Of a DNA stretch of 64,000 nt, positions 18,626-28,940 are shown piece after piece. The stretch's first letter is position 1. Every line of letters starts with the position of its first letter. Origin of the DNA: an uncultured delta proteobacterium (GTDB lineage: Bacteria; Myxococcota; Kuafuiibacteriia; Kuafuiibacteriales; Kuafuiibacteriaceae); the NCBI GenBank assembly GCA_963803435.1, contig CAWDML010000003.1, positions 1,028,664 to 1,092,663 on the forward strand, written 5' to 3'. Position numbers and translations under genes: made by a program. A model generated the notes under the pieces. It worked only from the letters and a program-made list of their open reading frames with translations. It was not told the origin of the DNA and searched no databases.

Positions 18626-20145
18626 GCCGCCAGCGGGGGGATGCCGTCCGCCGACAGCAGCTGCCGCTTCAAGCGCTTGGCCACGAAGATGCCGAGCGGG
18701 ATCAGGAGCACGGTGCCGGCGGCCGCGGTCGACAGCTCGACGCGGATCGGGATGAAGCGCCGGAGCAGGTAGGGGAGGCCGGCGCCGAGGAATGCCAGCA
18801 CGAAGCCGAGCAGGGTCCACTTGGCGTCGCCCTTGGCCGCCGGGATCCCGTGGCGGCGCAGCTGCAGGACGACCACGATCTGCCCGCACATCGAGCCCAT
18901 GCCCATGCCCACCAGGAAGCCGCCCAGTCCGAACAGGTGGAACAGCCCGAGCGCCGAGCACGCCGATACGGTCAGCTTGATGAGGTTGGCGAAGGCCTGG
19001 CTCTGGGCGTCACCGACCGCCAGCAGCGCCTTCGAGTGGGCCTCCTGAAGGTGGAGGAACCAGGTCCCGATCATCGCGATCTGCACCATCCAGCCGGCGT
19101 CGAGATAGCGATTGTCGTAGAAGACCCAGTAGAAGGCCGGGGCGAAGAACACCATCCCGAGGATCGCGAACAGCCCCGCCGAGAGGACCAGCTTCTGGCC
19201 GTGGAGGAAGTACGCGTTGAGCGTCGCCGGATCCTTGCGGGCGCCTTCCGAGAGCGCGGGCAGGAGCACCGAGCCCACCACCATGCCGGCGACCTCGATC
19301 GGGATGAACGCGAGCGTGGCGGCCAGGTAATAGACGCCGACGTCGCCGAGGTTGAGGAGCTTGCCGAGGAGCAGGTAGTCGAGGCGGTTCGCGAGATACG
19401 TGACCAGCGTGGAGAGGAAGATCCACTTGCCGAAGCCGAAGATCGCCCGCGCCGCCTCCGGCTCGAGCTGGAAGCGGTTGCGGATGCCGGGGAGGATCGT
19501 GTGCGTGAGCATCGTGCGCACGCCCGCCGCGGTGACCGAGCCGACCACGAGCGCCCAGACGCTCCGGTAGACATACGCGAACGAGATCATGACCACCATC
19601 GCGCACGCCTGGCTGGTCATCTCGACGGCGACCACCCGCCCGAGCCGGATCTTCCGTCGCATGCTGGCGATGTTGGTGGAGTCGAACCCGTTGAAGAGGG
19701 CCGAGATGCAGGCCACCGGGGCCAACGTGAGCAGGTTGGGCTGCTCGTAGAAGAGGGAGAGCGGGTACGCGAAGAGGAGGCCGAGGAGCAAGAGCGACAC
19801 ACCCCGCATGACCTGGATCGTCCAGGCCGTGTTGAGGAAGACCGGCTCGTCGCCCCGCTTGTGCTGGATGATGTTCGGCAGGATCCCGACGTCGGAGATC
19901 ATGCTCAGACCCATGACGAGGAAGTTCACCATCGTCATCAGGCCGAACGCCTCCGGGAACAGGAGGCGCGACAGGACCATGTTGCTGATCAACCGCAGCA
20001 TCTTGCTGCCGCCCTGGCCGAAGAGGCTGATCAGGGTGCCCCGGATGACCCGCTGCTTGATGTTCTCCTTGGGGGCTTCGACGACGACCGGGGTGGGAGG
20101 ATCCAACACCGCAGGCTGATCGAAGGGGTCGGGGGCGCTGCTCAT
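18613..20145 (-). CDS. MOP-superfamily oligo/polysaccharide flippase (Wzx-like)
   Basis: 510 aa, polytopic. N-terminus RVIRGTLISLFGQGGSKMLRLISNMVLSRLLFPEAFGLM is typical of Polysacc_synt flippases. Confidence 0.8.
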   Translation of the reverse strand: MSSAPDPFDQPAVLDPPTPVVVEAPKENIKQRVIRGTLISLFGQGGSKMLRLISNMVLSRLLFPEAFGLMTMVNFLVMGLSMISDVGILPNIIQHKRGDEPVFLNTAWTIQVMRGVSLLLLGLLFAYPLSLFYEQPNLLTLAPVACISALFNGFDSTNIASMRRKIRLGRVVAVEMTSQACAMVVMISFAYVYRSVWALVVGSVTAAGVRTMLTHTILPGIRNRFQLEPEAARAIFGFGKWIFLSTLVTYLANRLDYLLLGKLLNLGDVGVYYLAATLAFIPIEVAGMVVGSVLLPALSEGARKDPATLNAYFLHGQKLVLSAGLFAILGMVFFAPAFYWVFYDNRYLDAGWMVQIAMIGTWFLHLQEAHSKALLAVGDAQSQAFANLIKLTVSACSALGLFHLFGLGGFLVGMGMGSMCGQIVVVLQLRRHGIPAAKGDAKWTLLGFVLAFLGAGLPYLLRRFIPIRVELSTAAAGTVLLIPLGIFVAKRLKRQLLSADGIPPLAAHSP

Positions 20146-20232
20146 TCCTCGTTACAACCGCGCTCGGCGCCGGTGCGCTTCGCGTGGCCTCAACAATGAC
20201 AGACAGGACCTCGGGATCCCAGCGGCGAATCG

Positions 20233-21585
20233 CTACAGACCTGCGAGCGGTCCCGTCGGAAGACCGGCCGGCCCAAACGAGGTGTCGGGGAAGCCGAAGG
20301 CGTTGAGCACCGATGTGTAGAGCTGCATCGTGTCGTGCTGGCTCACGGTGTCGTAGTTATTGGCAGGGTGATTGATGAAACGACCCGTGGGTACGCCGGG
20401 GTTACCGGCCAGGAGGATCGCAAGGTTGTTGCGGTTATGGACCGAGCCGTCGCCGAAGTCGCTCAACCAGAGAACATAGGTCGAGTCGAGCAGGGTCCCG
20501 TTGTCGTCGGTGACCGCCGCCAGACGATCGAGCAGCATACGGAACATCTCGGTATAGAACCGGAATCCTACCTGCAGGGCGGCTTCGCTCTGCCCCTGGT
20601 GAACCATCGTGTGCCAGGTGTCATAGCCGGGCTGGAGGATCGGCCCGCCGTTGTAGCTCAACCATGGGAACCGGGGATCCTGCCCGGTGCCGAAGTAGAC
20701 CGTCCCGACGTGGGTGCGCCCGCACGCGAACGCCATGGTCATGAGCTCGATCATGAGGGGCGCGGTGACGTTGTCGTCGACCGGGAAGTTGTAGCCCGCC
20801 GGCGGATCGATCACGGGCAGCGCGCAAGCGTTGCTGACCGGGGCCTGGGTCAGCCGGTGCTCGAGGCTGCGCACCTTCTCGGCATGGGCGTCGAGGCGCT
20901 CGCGGTCCTCGGCGCCGACATGGCTGCGGAGGCTGTCGAAGCTCCCCTTCACGGCGTCGAGCACGCTCTGGCGCCGCATCCGGAGCCGGGCCAGCGCCGG
21001 GTCCTCCATCCCGTCGGGCGCGAACCCGCCGAAGACGCGATCGAACGCCACGCGCGGGTCGGCCAGGCTGGTCACCGGATCGTTGGCGCCGTAGTGGAAG
21101 ATGCCGCTCCGGATGGTGTTACCCACGGTGCCGTCCATCCCCACCGCCAGGTTGATCGAAGAGAACGGGACGTCGCCTCCGAGACGATTGGCGAGCTCCT
21201 GATCGAGCGAGATCCAATCCGACAGCCCCTGCCAGGGCTCGGCGTTGCCATAGCCGCCGCCGGTCATGAGGTTGTTGCGGGCCTTGTTGTGATCGTCGCC
21301 CGTGGTGAGACGGTGCGCGGCTCCGTTGCCCACGCCGTGGACCACGATGACGCGATCCTTCACCTCGTTGAGCGGCTCGAGCAGGTAGGGCAGGGTGAAG
21401 TCGGTCTCGCTGCCCGAGGGCCGCCAGCTCCGCATCACCGTCCCCTGGTGATGGAAGAAGACGAGCAGGCGTTTCGGTGTCCGCGTCTGGGCGAACGCCT
21501 TCGCCGGACGCATGACGTCGAGGAACGGCAGCGCCAGCGTCGCGCCTCCGATCCCGCGAAGGAGGGTCCTGCGGGTGATCTTCAC
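20233..21585 (-). CDS. DUF1552-family protein with Tat-type signal
   Basis: 450 aa. N-terminus MKITRRTLLRGIGGATLALPFLD (twin-arginine type). Recognised by recall as the DUF1552 partner of DUF1592-type proteins. 4-nt overlap with the upstream gene. Confidence 0.75.
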   Translation of the reverse strand: MKITRRTLLRGIGGATLALPFLDVMRPAKAFAQTRTPKRLLVFFHHQGTVMRSWRPSGSETDFTLPYLLEPLNEVKDRVIVVHGVGNGAAHRLTTGDDHNKARNNLMTGGGYGNAEPWQGLSDWISLDQELANRLGGDVPFSSINLAVGMDGTVGNTIRSGIFHYGANDPVTSLADPRVAFDRVFGGFAPDGMEDPALARLRMRRQSVLDAVKGSFDSLRSHVGAEDRERLDAHAEKVRSLEHRLTQAPVSNACALPVIDPPAGYNFPVDDNVTAPLMIELMTMAFACGRTHVGTVYFGTGQDPRFPWLSYNGGPILQPGYDTWHTMVHQGQSEAALQVGFRFYTEMFRMLLDRLAAVTDDNGTLLDSTYVLWLSDFGDGSVHNRNNLAILLAGNPGVPTGRFINHPANNYDTVSQHDTMQLYTSVLNAFGFPDTSFGPAGLPTGPLAGL

Positions 21586-23570
21586 TGAGCGGTCCTCCGG
21601 TAGCGGAACGCGTCGCTCTCGACGATCCCGAGCATCAGATCCTGAACGTTGCCTCCGTTGCCGGTGAAGCGCTGCTGCACGCGCGAGAGGCTGCAGTCAC
21701 CTTCGGTCTCCACGCGGCCGATCGCGTAGCGGTACCACTGCGCAGCGTAGCAGTCGCGGACGACCGAGGACTCCACCAGCCGGTCCGTGAGGTCGAGGGC
21801 GTCCTCGAACTCGATCGACAGATCCTGGTACGCGCCGTAGGTGTCGATGTCTCGGCCGTTGGCGTAGACGTCGCGGAACTGGCCGATGCCGTCGTAGCGC
21901 TCGAACGCGAAGCCCAGCGGATCGATCTTGTCGTGACAGGCGGCGCAGGCCGCCTCCTGGCGGTGCATCGCGAAGCGTTCGCGGATGGTGGAGCCGTCGA
22001 TCTGCGGGATCTCGCCGGCCACCAGGCCCGGCGGGATCACCAGGTCCTGACACAGCATGTTGCGGATGACGAAGACGCCGCGCGCGATCGGCGCAGAGGA
22101 GGCGTCGTGCGCGTGCTTGGTGAGAAAGGCGGCGCGCGTGAGCAGGCCGGAGCGCTCGTCGTTCGGCAGCGTGACCTCGCGGAAGTCCCCCGGTCCGCTC
22201 GAGCCGGAGTCGACGCCGTAGATCGGATCGAGCAGCGTGTCGCTGAACGACGTCCGCGTGGTCAGCAGATCGGTGAGGTTGCCGTTCTTGGTGAACACGA
22301 CGTCGGCCACCACCCGATCGATCTCCTGAACCATGGAGCGCGCGAGCGCGGGCGAATAGGTGGGATAGACCGACGCGTCCTTCTGGAGCTCGTCGAGCGC
22401 GAAGAGCCGCAGCCAGTCGCGGTGGAAGGCGGCCACCACCTCCTTGGCCCGTGGGTCGGCGATCATGCGCTCGGCCTGGCCAGCCAGGACGTCCGGATCG
22501 GTGAGGCTGCCGTCGGCCGCGAGCGCGAAGAGGGCCTCGTCCGGCATGGTGTTCCAGAAGAAGTAGGAGAGCCGCTGCGCCACGGCGTAGGCGTCGACCG
22601 CCTCCACGCCCTCGCCGGCCGGGGTGCCGTCGAGGTCGTCGATGTAGAGGAACTGCGGAGACTGGAGGGCCGTCTCGATGATCATGCCGACCTTCTCGGG
22701 CAGGTCGAAGTCCGGCAGCTGATAGATCGACATGAGGATCGCCCGCTCTTCGTCGCGGAGCGGGTGGCGATACGCGTGGAGCCCGAACCGATCGACGAAG
22801 GCAGCCACGCACTCCGCCTCGCTCTGCCCGGTGGCGCACTCGAGCAGCCCGCCCAGATCCTGCGTGGCCTGGGCGGAGATCGACTCGGCGGACAGCAGGA
22901 TGTCCTCGGCCTTCGACTCGGACACGATGTTCGCGTTGATGAACGTGGTGAAGCCGGCGGTGATGAGCGTCTCGGGGAAGAGCCCGGCGGGATCGACGCG
23001 GCCGGCGAACAGATCCCGGACCGTGTTCTCGTACTGGATGGAGGTCAGCGGGCGGAGCGGGCTCTCGCCGGGGTGCGGACCCGGAGTGGTGCACTCGTTC
23101 GGGGCCTCGCCGACGTAGCACTCTTCGGGGTGGTCGAACCGGAAGACCAGCTCTTGCATCTCTTGAAACCGGTCGTCCTCCACCGGGAAGCGCCGCCCGC
23201 CGCCGTGGGAGACGGACAGCGTCGGCTTGAGCAGGATGATCGACATGCCGTCGACCGCGTTCTCGGCCACCGACTTCAGGGTCTCGTAGTTGTGCGCCAG
23301 GTAGTCGGGCTGATCGGGCAGCTCGAGGATCAGCCGCGTCTGCCCGGCGAAGCCGCCCATGTGGTGGCAGTTCATGCAGTCGGGCTCCAGGATCTGCGCC
23401 GAGATCACGTCGCGGAAGAAGTCCTGGTTCGTGGGACAGGGGCGATCCGTGGCGTCGATGGGGCCCGTGATCCGCTCGGCGACCCAGCAGCCTGTGAGCG
23501 AGATCAGGAGCAGCGAAACGGCGCGCCTCAAACTGCGCGGATGGTATCGCCTCCCCTCTTCGAGAACCAA
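21582..23570 (-). CDS. DUF1592/DUF1588/DUF1585-type protein with CXXCH motifs
   Basis: 662 aa. N-terminal CMNCHH and C-terminal CAACHDKIDPLGFAFERYDGIGQFR are hallmark motifs of the planctomycete/myxobacterial PSD-PSCyt family that pairs with DUF1552. Confidence 0.75.
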   Translation of the reverse strand: MVLEEGRRYHPRSLRRAVSLLLISLTGCWVAERITGPIDATDRPCPTNQDFFRDVISAQILEPDCMNCHHMGGFAGQTRLILELPDQPDYLAHNYETLKSVAENAVDGMSIILLKPTLSVSHGGGRRFPVEDDRFQEMQELVFRFDHPEECYVGEAPNECTTPGPHPGESPLRPLTSIQYENTVRDLFAGRVDPAGLFPETLITAGFTTFINANIVSESKAEDILLSAESISAQATQDLGGLLECATGQSEAECVAAFVDRFGLHAYRHPLRDEERAILMSIYQLPDFDLPEKVGMIIETALQSPQFLYIDDLDGTPAGEGVEAVDAYAVAQRLSYFFWNTMPDEALFALAADGSLTDPDVLAGQAERMIADPRAKEVVAAFHRDWLRLFALDELQKDASVYPTYSPALARSMVQEIDRVVADVVFTKNGNLTDLLTTRTSFSDTLLDPIYGVDSGSSGPGDFREVTLPNDERSGLLTRAAFLTKHAHDASSAPIARGVFVIRNMLCQDLVIPPGLVAGEIPQIDGSTIRERFAMHRQEAACAACHDKIDPLGFAFERYDGIGQFRDVYANGRDIDTYGAYQDLSIEFEDALDLTDRLVESSVVRDCYAAQWYRYAIGRVETEGDCSLSRVQQRFTGNGGNVQDLMLGIVESDAFRYRRTAQ

Positions 23571-23574
23571 CGTT

Positions 23575-23597
23575 CCAAAACCCGTGTGGGGAACGGG
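23575..23597 (-). terminator. weak candidate intrinsic terminator downstream of aspartokinase
   Basis: The minus strand reads CCCGT-tccccac-ACGGG followed by TTTT, about 45 nt after the ask stop. The stem is only 5 bp. Confidence 0.3.
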
Positions 23598-23641
23598 CGG
23601 GCGTGGGTCGGAGTGACGACGGTCGAGTAACCGATGAGGCG

Positions 23642-24982
23642 CTACGCGAGGGCCTCGCCCGGCGTGAACAGCGCGCTGTGGAGGCTCCTGACGGCCTTAC
23701 CGATCTCGGCGTCGTCGATCAGGAGCCCGATGTTGATGTTGTTGGCGCCGTGGGAAACCATCTCGACGTTCACGCCGGCGTCGCGAAGCGCCCCAAAGAC
23801 GCGCGCTCCGAGGCCGGTCTGGTGTTTCACATTGCGACCGACGATCGAGACGATCGTCTTGTCCCGCGCCACCGTGACCCGCCCGTGCTGCGACAGCGCG
23901 TCCTGCAGCTCCTGAAGATCCGTGAGCATGGGCGTCGTCATGGACACCGAGATGTGTGAGGTCGAGATCATGTCGACGTCGATCCGGAGGCGTCCCATGA
24001 TCTCGAAGACGCGGGCCAGGAACCCGTGCTGGCCGAGCATCGTCGGATTCTCGATGGTGATCACCCACTGCCGCTCCTTGTAGGCGATCGAGGTGATCGG
24101 ATCGGTGGCCTCACCGCCGTCCACCGTGATCACCGTGCCCGGGTGATGGGGGCGGTTGGTGTTGAGGACACGGACCGGCACGTTCCTCTCGACGGCGGGC
24201 AAGAGCGTGCTGGGGTGGAGGACGCGGCCGCCGTACTGCGCCAGCTCGCTGGCCTCGGCGAAGCTCATCCGCGGGATGCTGCGGGCGCTCGGGATCAAGC
24301 TCGGATCCGCGGTCATCACGCCGTCGGTGTCGGTCCAGATCTCGCACTCCTCGGCGCCGAGGGCCGCGGCGAACACGGTGGCGGTGTAGTCGCTGCCGTT
24401 GCGACCGACCGTGGTGATCTCGCCGCTGTGCGTCTTGCCGATGAACCCCGTGACGATCGGGACCATACCCGCCCCCACCTTCTCCTGGTACGCGGTGCGC
24501 ATCAGCTGCTCGTGACCCTTGATCGGTCGCGCCTGGCCGAAGGTCTCCCCGGTGATGAAGCCCAGCTCGAACGCATCGAAGGCCCGAGCCGCCATGCCCT
24601 GCGCAGAGAAGAAGGCGGCGATCACCCGTGTGCTGAGGCGCTCACCGAAGCTCTGCACGAAGTCGAGGACGCGAGGGCTGACCTCCCGGACCAACGAGAT
24701 GCCGCGCAGGACGTCCTCGAGCTCCCGGTAGAAGCCGTCGAGCATCGTCGGGTCGACACCGAGGGTCTCGACGACCCGGCGCTGGCGATCGATGATCGGT
24801 GCGGCATCCGGATCGCCCTTGGCGGCGCGGCGGGCGGCGCCGATCAACAGATCGGTCACGCCTTTGTGGGCGGAGCACACGACCAGCGGCCTTCGGGAGG
24901 CGCGCCCCTTCACGATCTCGAAGACCTTTTGGATCTGCTCTGCGTCCGCGACGCTCGAGCCGCCAAACTTCATGACCAGCAT
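23642..24982 (-). CDS. ask: aspartate kinase
   Basis: Start at [15 protein letters not shown] gives 446 aa. Motifs [38 protein letters not shown], and two ACT-like C-terminal repeats. The upstream 594 codons of the track ORF are Arg/Gly-rich junk antisense to the next gene. Confidence 0.92.
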   Translation of the reverse strand: MLVMKFGGSSVADAEQIQKVFEIVKGRASRRPLVVCSAHKGVTDLLIGAARRAAKGDPDAAPIIDRQRRVVETLGVDPTMLDGFYRELEDVLRGISLVREVSPRVLDFVQSFGERLSTRVIAAFFSAQGMAARAFDAFELGFITGETFGQARPIKGHEQLMRTAYQEKVGAGMVPIVTGFIGKTHSGEITTVGRNGSDYTATVFAAALGAEECEIWTDTDGVMTADPSLIPSARSIPRMSFAEASELAQYGGRVLHPSTLLPAVERNVPVRVLNTNRPHHPGTVITVDGGEATDPITSIAYKERQWVITIENPTMLGQHGFLARVFEIMGRLRIDVDMISTSHISVSMTTPMLTDLQELQDALSQHGRVTVARDKTIVSIVGRNVKHQTGLGARVFGALRDAGVNVEMVSHGANNINIGLLIDDAEIGKAVRSLHSALFTPGEALA

Positions 24983-25030
24983 GGCCCGGACTAGCAATGC
25001 CGCGATGCCGTGCGTCAAGACGGTGCTGGC

Positions 25031-26860
25031 ATGATCGTGCCCGACTACGGCAGTATCCGGGTCACCCTGGCGAAGAAGGACGACCAGCCGCCGAAGCGCC
25101 GGCGGACCACGCAGCCCGGGCACGTGGACATCCTGCTGCCCGAGCAGCAGCGGGTGAGCCCCGGCGAGGTCGCGCGGCCGGAGCCGGTCCCTGCGCTCTC
25201 GGAGTCGGACGAGCGGATCCGACGCCTGCCCCCGAATCTGGGGACCCTCGGCCGCGGTCGGATCTTCGTCCAGAGGCCGCCCGGAGCCGTGGATCCCGCG
25301 GCCACGCCCGCGCCTCCCGCCGTGGTGGCGCCCGTACCTCGGCGGCGCTGGCCCTGGCTCCTGCTCGCGCTCCTCGTGTTCGTTGCCGGCGCTGCCGGCG
25401 GGGTGTTCCGCGATCGGATCTTCCCGCCGGAGAAGCCAAAGCCCGTGCACGTCGCGCCCGTCCAGGAGGTCGCGCGGACGCCGCTGGCGCAGATTCCTCC
25501 GGCGGCCACGTTCTTCAACTCGGGCCCGTTCGACGAGCAACGCCTCGGCGACGCCTTCTTCGCGCCGGACGGCCGCCGCTACGCGTTCCTCTTCCGCGAG
25601 GGGGGCGAGTACGGCTTCGCCGGCGCCGGACGGGAGAAGACGCCCAACATGCTCGATCTGAACGGGCGGCGCATTCACCTCGGGATTGCGGTCGCGCAGG
25701 AGGCGAGCGCCCGTCGCGCCGGCTACTTCCCGGCGACGGACCGCTTCTGGTACCTCGCCCGCACGGGCGACGGCCAGCGGCTGATCCTCGAGGACGATCA
25801 GAGCGAGGTCTTCGACACCATCGGCGCGCCCATCGAGGCGCTGCACGACAAGGAGATTGGCTACACCGGCAAGCGCGGCGACCACTGGTTCGTGATCGTC
25901 GGCGACTGGACCAGCGCCCCGTACGACGCGCCGATCCGCGGGCCCTGGTTCAGCCCGAACGGGGACGGCTTCGCGTTCCTGGTGGGCGGCGACGGCGAGC
26001 GCCTGCGGCGCGGACAACGGCAGGTCGTGATCTGCGACCTCGCCACCAAGGCCTGCGACAAGCGCCCGAACAACCCCGCCCGTGCGATCGAGGAGTTCCT
26101 TCAGGTCGGCAACGAGGACGAGCTCTTCTTCGCCCTCGATTGGTATGGGCGCGAGTCGACCGGCGACGCCAACGAGGACCTGGAGAAGATGGCGATCTCC
26201 AAGCGGGGCGGCCGGTGGCAATATGCGGTCATCACGAGGGCGAGCGCCAGCCTGGTCGACGTTCCGCTCGGCGAGCAGGCCGTCGATCTGGGGGAGCTCG
26301 CCGAACGATCCGGGATCGATCGCCCCTGGGTGGACCGCATCGTCGTCAGCCCCGACGGTCAGAGCATCGCGATGGTGGTGGCCGGCCGCAATTACGTCGC
26401 CGGGGACGGCATCATGCTCCACCGGACCAAGGACGGTCAGGTGGAGACCGTGCCGGAGTACGTGCGCTGCAAGTTCGCTTCGCGACCGTTCGCCCGCCGC
26501 GACTGGCTGGTGATGAGCAAGGACGAATCGAAGATCGCCTACTGCACGCTCGAGCCCGCGGTCGGTGAGCGCGTGGTGATCAATGAGCACAAGCTGAAGC
26601 CGTACACGTTCGTGATGAGCCGGCCCGTCTTCTCCCCGGACGGGCAGACCGTCGCTTACTTCGCGATCCAGGAGCGCAAGTGGTACCTCGTGGCAGGCCT
26701 CCGGGAGGAGGGCCCCTACGACGAGCTCTTCGGCGAGCCCCACTTCAGCGCGGACGGCAACCACATCTGGTACGGCGCTCGGCGTGGCCGCACGATCTAC
26801 TTCGTGAAGCTCTCATTGAAACCGCTCGCGCAACCCGCGGACGCGACCGTGGATCTCTGA
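25031..26860 (+). CDS. single-pass membrane protein with TolB/WD40-like (FSPDG) repeats
   Basis: ATG at 25031 (alternative GTG at 25010). TM helix WPWLLLALLVFVAGAAGGVF. Recurring WFSPNGDGFAF, VVSPDGQSIAM, VFSPDGQTVAY, HFSADGNHIWY. Confidence 0.55.
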   Translation: MIVPDYGSIRVTLAKKDDQPPKRRRTTQPGHVDILLPEQQRVSPGEVARPEPVPALSESDERIRRLPPNLGTLGRGRIFVQRPPGAVDPAATPAPPAVVAPVPRRRWPWLLLALLVFVAGAAGGVFRDRIFPPEKPKPVHVAPVQEVARTPLAQIPPAATFFNSGPFDEQRLGDAFFAPDGRRYAFLFREGGEYGFAGAGREKTPNMLDLNGRRIHLGIAVAQEASARRAGYFPATDRFWYLARTGDGQRLILEDDQSEVFDTIGAPIEALHDKEIGYTGKRGDHWFVIVGDWTSAPYDAPIRGPWFSPNGDGFAFLVGGDGERLRRGQRQVVICDLATKACDKRPNNPARAIEEFLQVGNEDELFFALDWYGRESTGDANEDLEKMAISKRGGRWQYAVITRASASLVDVPLGEQAVDLGELAERSGIDRPWVDRIVVSPDGQSIAMVVAGRNYVAGDGIMLHRTKDGQVETVPEYVRCKFASRPFARRDWLVMSKDESKIAYCTLEPAVGERVVINEHKLKPYTFVMSRPVFSPDGQTVAYFAIQERKWYLVAGLREEGPYDELFGEPHFSADGNHIWYGARRGRTIYFVKLSLKPLAQPADATVDL

Positions 26861-26875
26861 CAGGCCCGTCGATCG

Positions 26876-28329
26876 ATGCTCTTCAACTCGGTCCCGTTCC
26901 TGATCTTCTTCCCGATCGTCGTCGCGGCCTACTTCATCGTCCCGTTTCGCGCGCGATGGCTCCTGCTCCTCGCGGCCTCCTACTACTTCTACATGCAGTG
27001 GGAGCCGAGCTACGCGATCCTGATCGTGATCTCGACCAGCCTCGACTACCTGGCGACGATGATGATGAGGAACAAGGCGTCGAAGGCCGAGCGTCGCCCC
27101 TGGCTGTTCGTCAGCCTGGCCGGCAACCTGGGGATGCTCTTCTTCTTCAAGTACTACAACTGGTTCAACCAGAACCTGATCGACGTGACCGGGCACGATC
27201 TCCTGCCCTTCTCGAACCTCCTCCTGCCAGTGGGGATCAGCTTCTACACGTTCCAGTCTCTCAGCTACACCATCGACGTCTACCGCGGGCGCCTCGAGGC
27301 GGAGACGCACCCCGGCGTGTTCGCGCTCTACGTCGCGCTACTTCCCGCAGCTGGTGGCCGGCCCGATCGAGCGTGCCAAGAGTCTCCTCCCGCAGCTCAA
27401 GAGCGAGCACCGCTTCGACTACAAGAACGCAACCGACGGCCTCAAGCTGATGGCTGTGGGGCATGTTCAAGAAGGTCTGTGTGGCGGACCGCCTGGCGCC
27501 CTTCACCAAGGCGGTCTTTCACGGCGATCCGCACGCGTTCCCCGGATCGGTCTTGACGCTGTCGGCCGCGTTCTTCTGCCTGCAGGTCTACTGCGACTTC
27601 TCGGGCTACTCCGACATCGCCTGCGGGTCGGCGCAGGTGATGGGCGTCCGGTTGATGGAGAACTTCCGGCGTCCGTTCTTCTCACGAAGCATCGAGGAGC
27701 TGTGGAGGCGCTGGCACATGTCGCTGGTCGGCTGGATCAACGACTACGTCTACCAGCCGATCGCCTACGCGGCGCGGCGGGCCTCCAGCGCGCGCAAGCA
27801 GCTCAACGTGGTCTTCGTCTTCCTGGTCACCGGGCTGTGGCACGGCGCCAGCTGGAAGTTCGTGGCCTGGGGCGGTCTCAACGGCCTCATGGTGGTCGCG
27901 CACGTGGTCTCGCTCCCGGTTCGGCGCCGGACGATCGAGGTGCTCCGCCTCGATCGGATCCCTCGCCTCCACGCGGCCTTCTCCATCGCGTTCACGTTCA
28001 TGCTCTTCTCGTTGGGCTCGGTCTTCTTCGCGGCGAAGGACTTCACCTCGGCCGCCGCCATCTTCCGTGGTCTACCCTTCGGCTGGGGCGACCTCGCCGG
28101 CCTGAAGTCGGCGCTCCTCGGCGGCGGCGCCTCGAACCTGCTGCTGCTGGCCGGCGGTATCGCCATCCTGATGGCGGGTGACATCCTCCAGGAGAAGACG
28201 GGCGGCGTGCGCCTGTGGCTCTCCTCTCGTCCCGGCTGGGTCCGCTGGTCGCTCTACTACGGGCTCGTCCTCTGGATCGTGCTGTTCGGTGTGTTCGAGC
28301 GCGAGGAGTTCGTGTACTTCCAGTTCTAG
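26876..28329 (+). pseudogene. MBOAT-family O-acyltransferase (AlgI/DltB-like) interrupted by two +1 frameshifts
   Basis: Three frames splice into one canonical MBOAT. Segment 1 ends ...PVGISFYTFQSLSYTIDVYRG...FALYVA (frame of 26876). Segment 2 is YFPQLVAGPIERAKSLLPQL...LKLMA (frame of 27354). Segment 3 is WGMFKKVCVADRLA...WRRWHMSLVGWINDYVY...WHGASW (frame of 27463). Extra bases at about 27338 and 27456. Confidence 0.8.
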
Positions 28330-28336
28330 GTTCCGG

Positions 28337-28940
28337 ATGGCGCTCTCGCCCAAAGACGTTCGCCTCATCCGCCTGTTCGCCGCGATCGTCCTGGCGCGCT
28401 GGGACGAGGTGGAGTCGATCCGCCGCGCCGCGCCGGGAGGCGAGCCCGACGTCGCCTGGCGGGAAGCCGTCCTGCAGACCCAGCTCTTTGCCGGGATCCC
28501 GCGTACGGTGGAGGCCTTCGAGGTGCTGGAGCGCGCCGGCGGGCTCGGGTCCCCCGCGCCGGACGAGGGCGCTCGGTGCGTGGACGACGGCCGTGCGCTC
28601 TTTGATCGCATCTATGCCGAGCTCGCCGACGACGTGGTCGCGCGCCTGGACGGCTTCCACCCCGAGCTCGCCGGATCGATCCTGGATCACGCCTACGGCC
28701 GCATCCTCTCGCGACCGGGTCTGTCGCCGGATCGCCGGGAGCTGCTCGCGGTGGTGGCGCTCGCGATCACGCGCGCAAGAGCGACAGCTCATGAGCCATC
28801 TCCGAGGCGCGGTCCGCTGCGGCGCGACTGCCGGCGAGGTCCGCGCGGCGCTCGGCGCGGTCGCCGATCTGATGGACGCGCCCGCGCGCGCCGCCGTGCG
28901 ATCGCTGGTCGAGCGCTTCGCCTCCGGGGGACCGCGGTGA
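28337..28940 (+). pseudogene. carboxymuconolactone-decarboxylase (AhpD-like) family protein with one +1 frameshift
   Basis: ATG at 28337. The frame of 28178 reads ...LSPDRRELLAVVALAITR. The frame of 28215 continues QERQLMSHLRGAVRCGATAGEVRAAL, the CMD-family core. Junction at about 28775 inside a CGCGCGC run. Confidence 0.6.

Noticed and set aside
24983-26764. N-terminal ~594 codons of the 1040-aa track ORF containing aspartokinase
   Set aside because: Aspartokinase homology starts at [10 protein letters not shown]. The upstream part is low-complexity and antisense to the well-formed plus-strand gene at 25031-26860.
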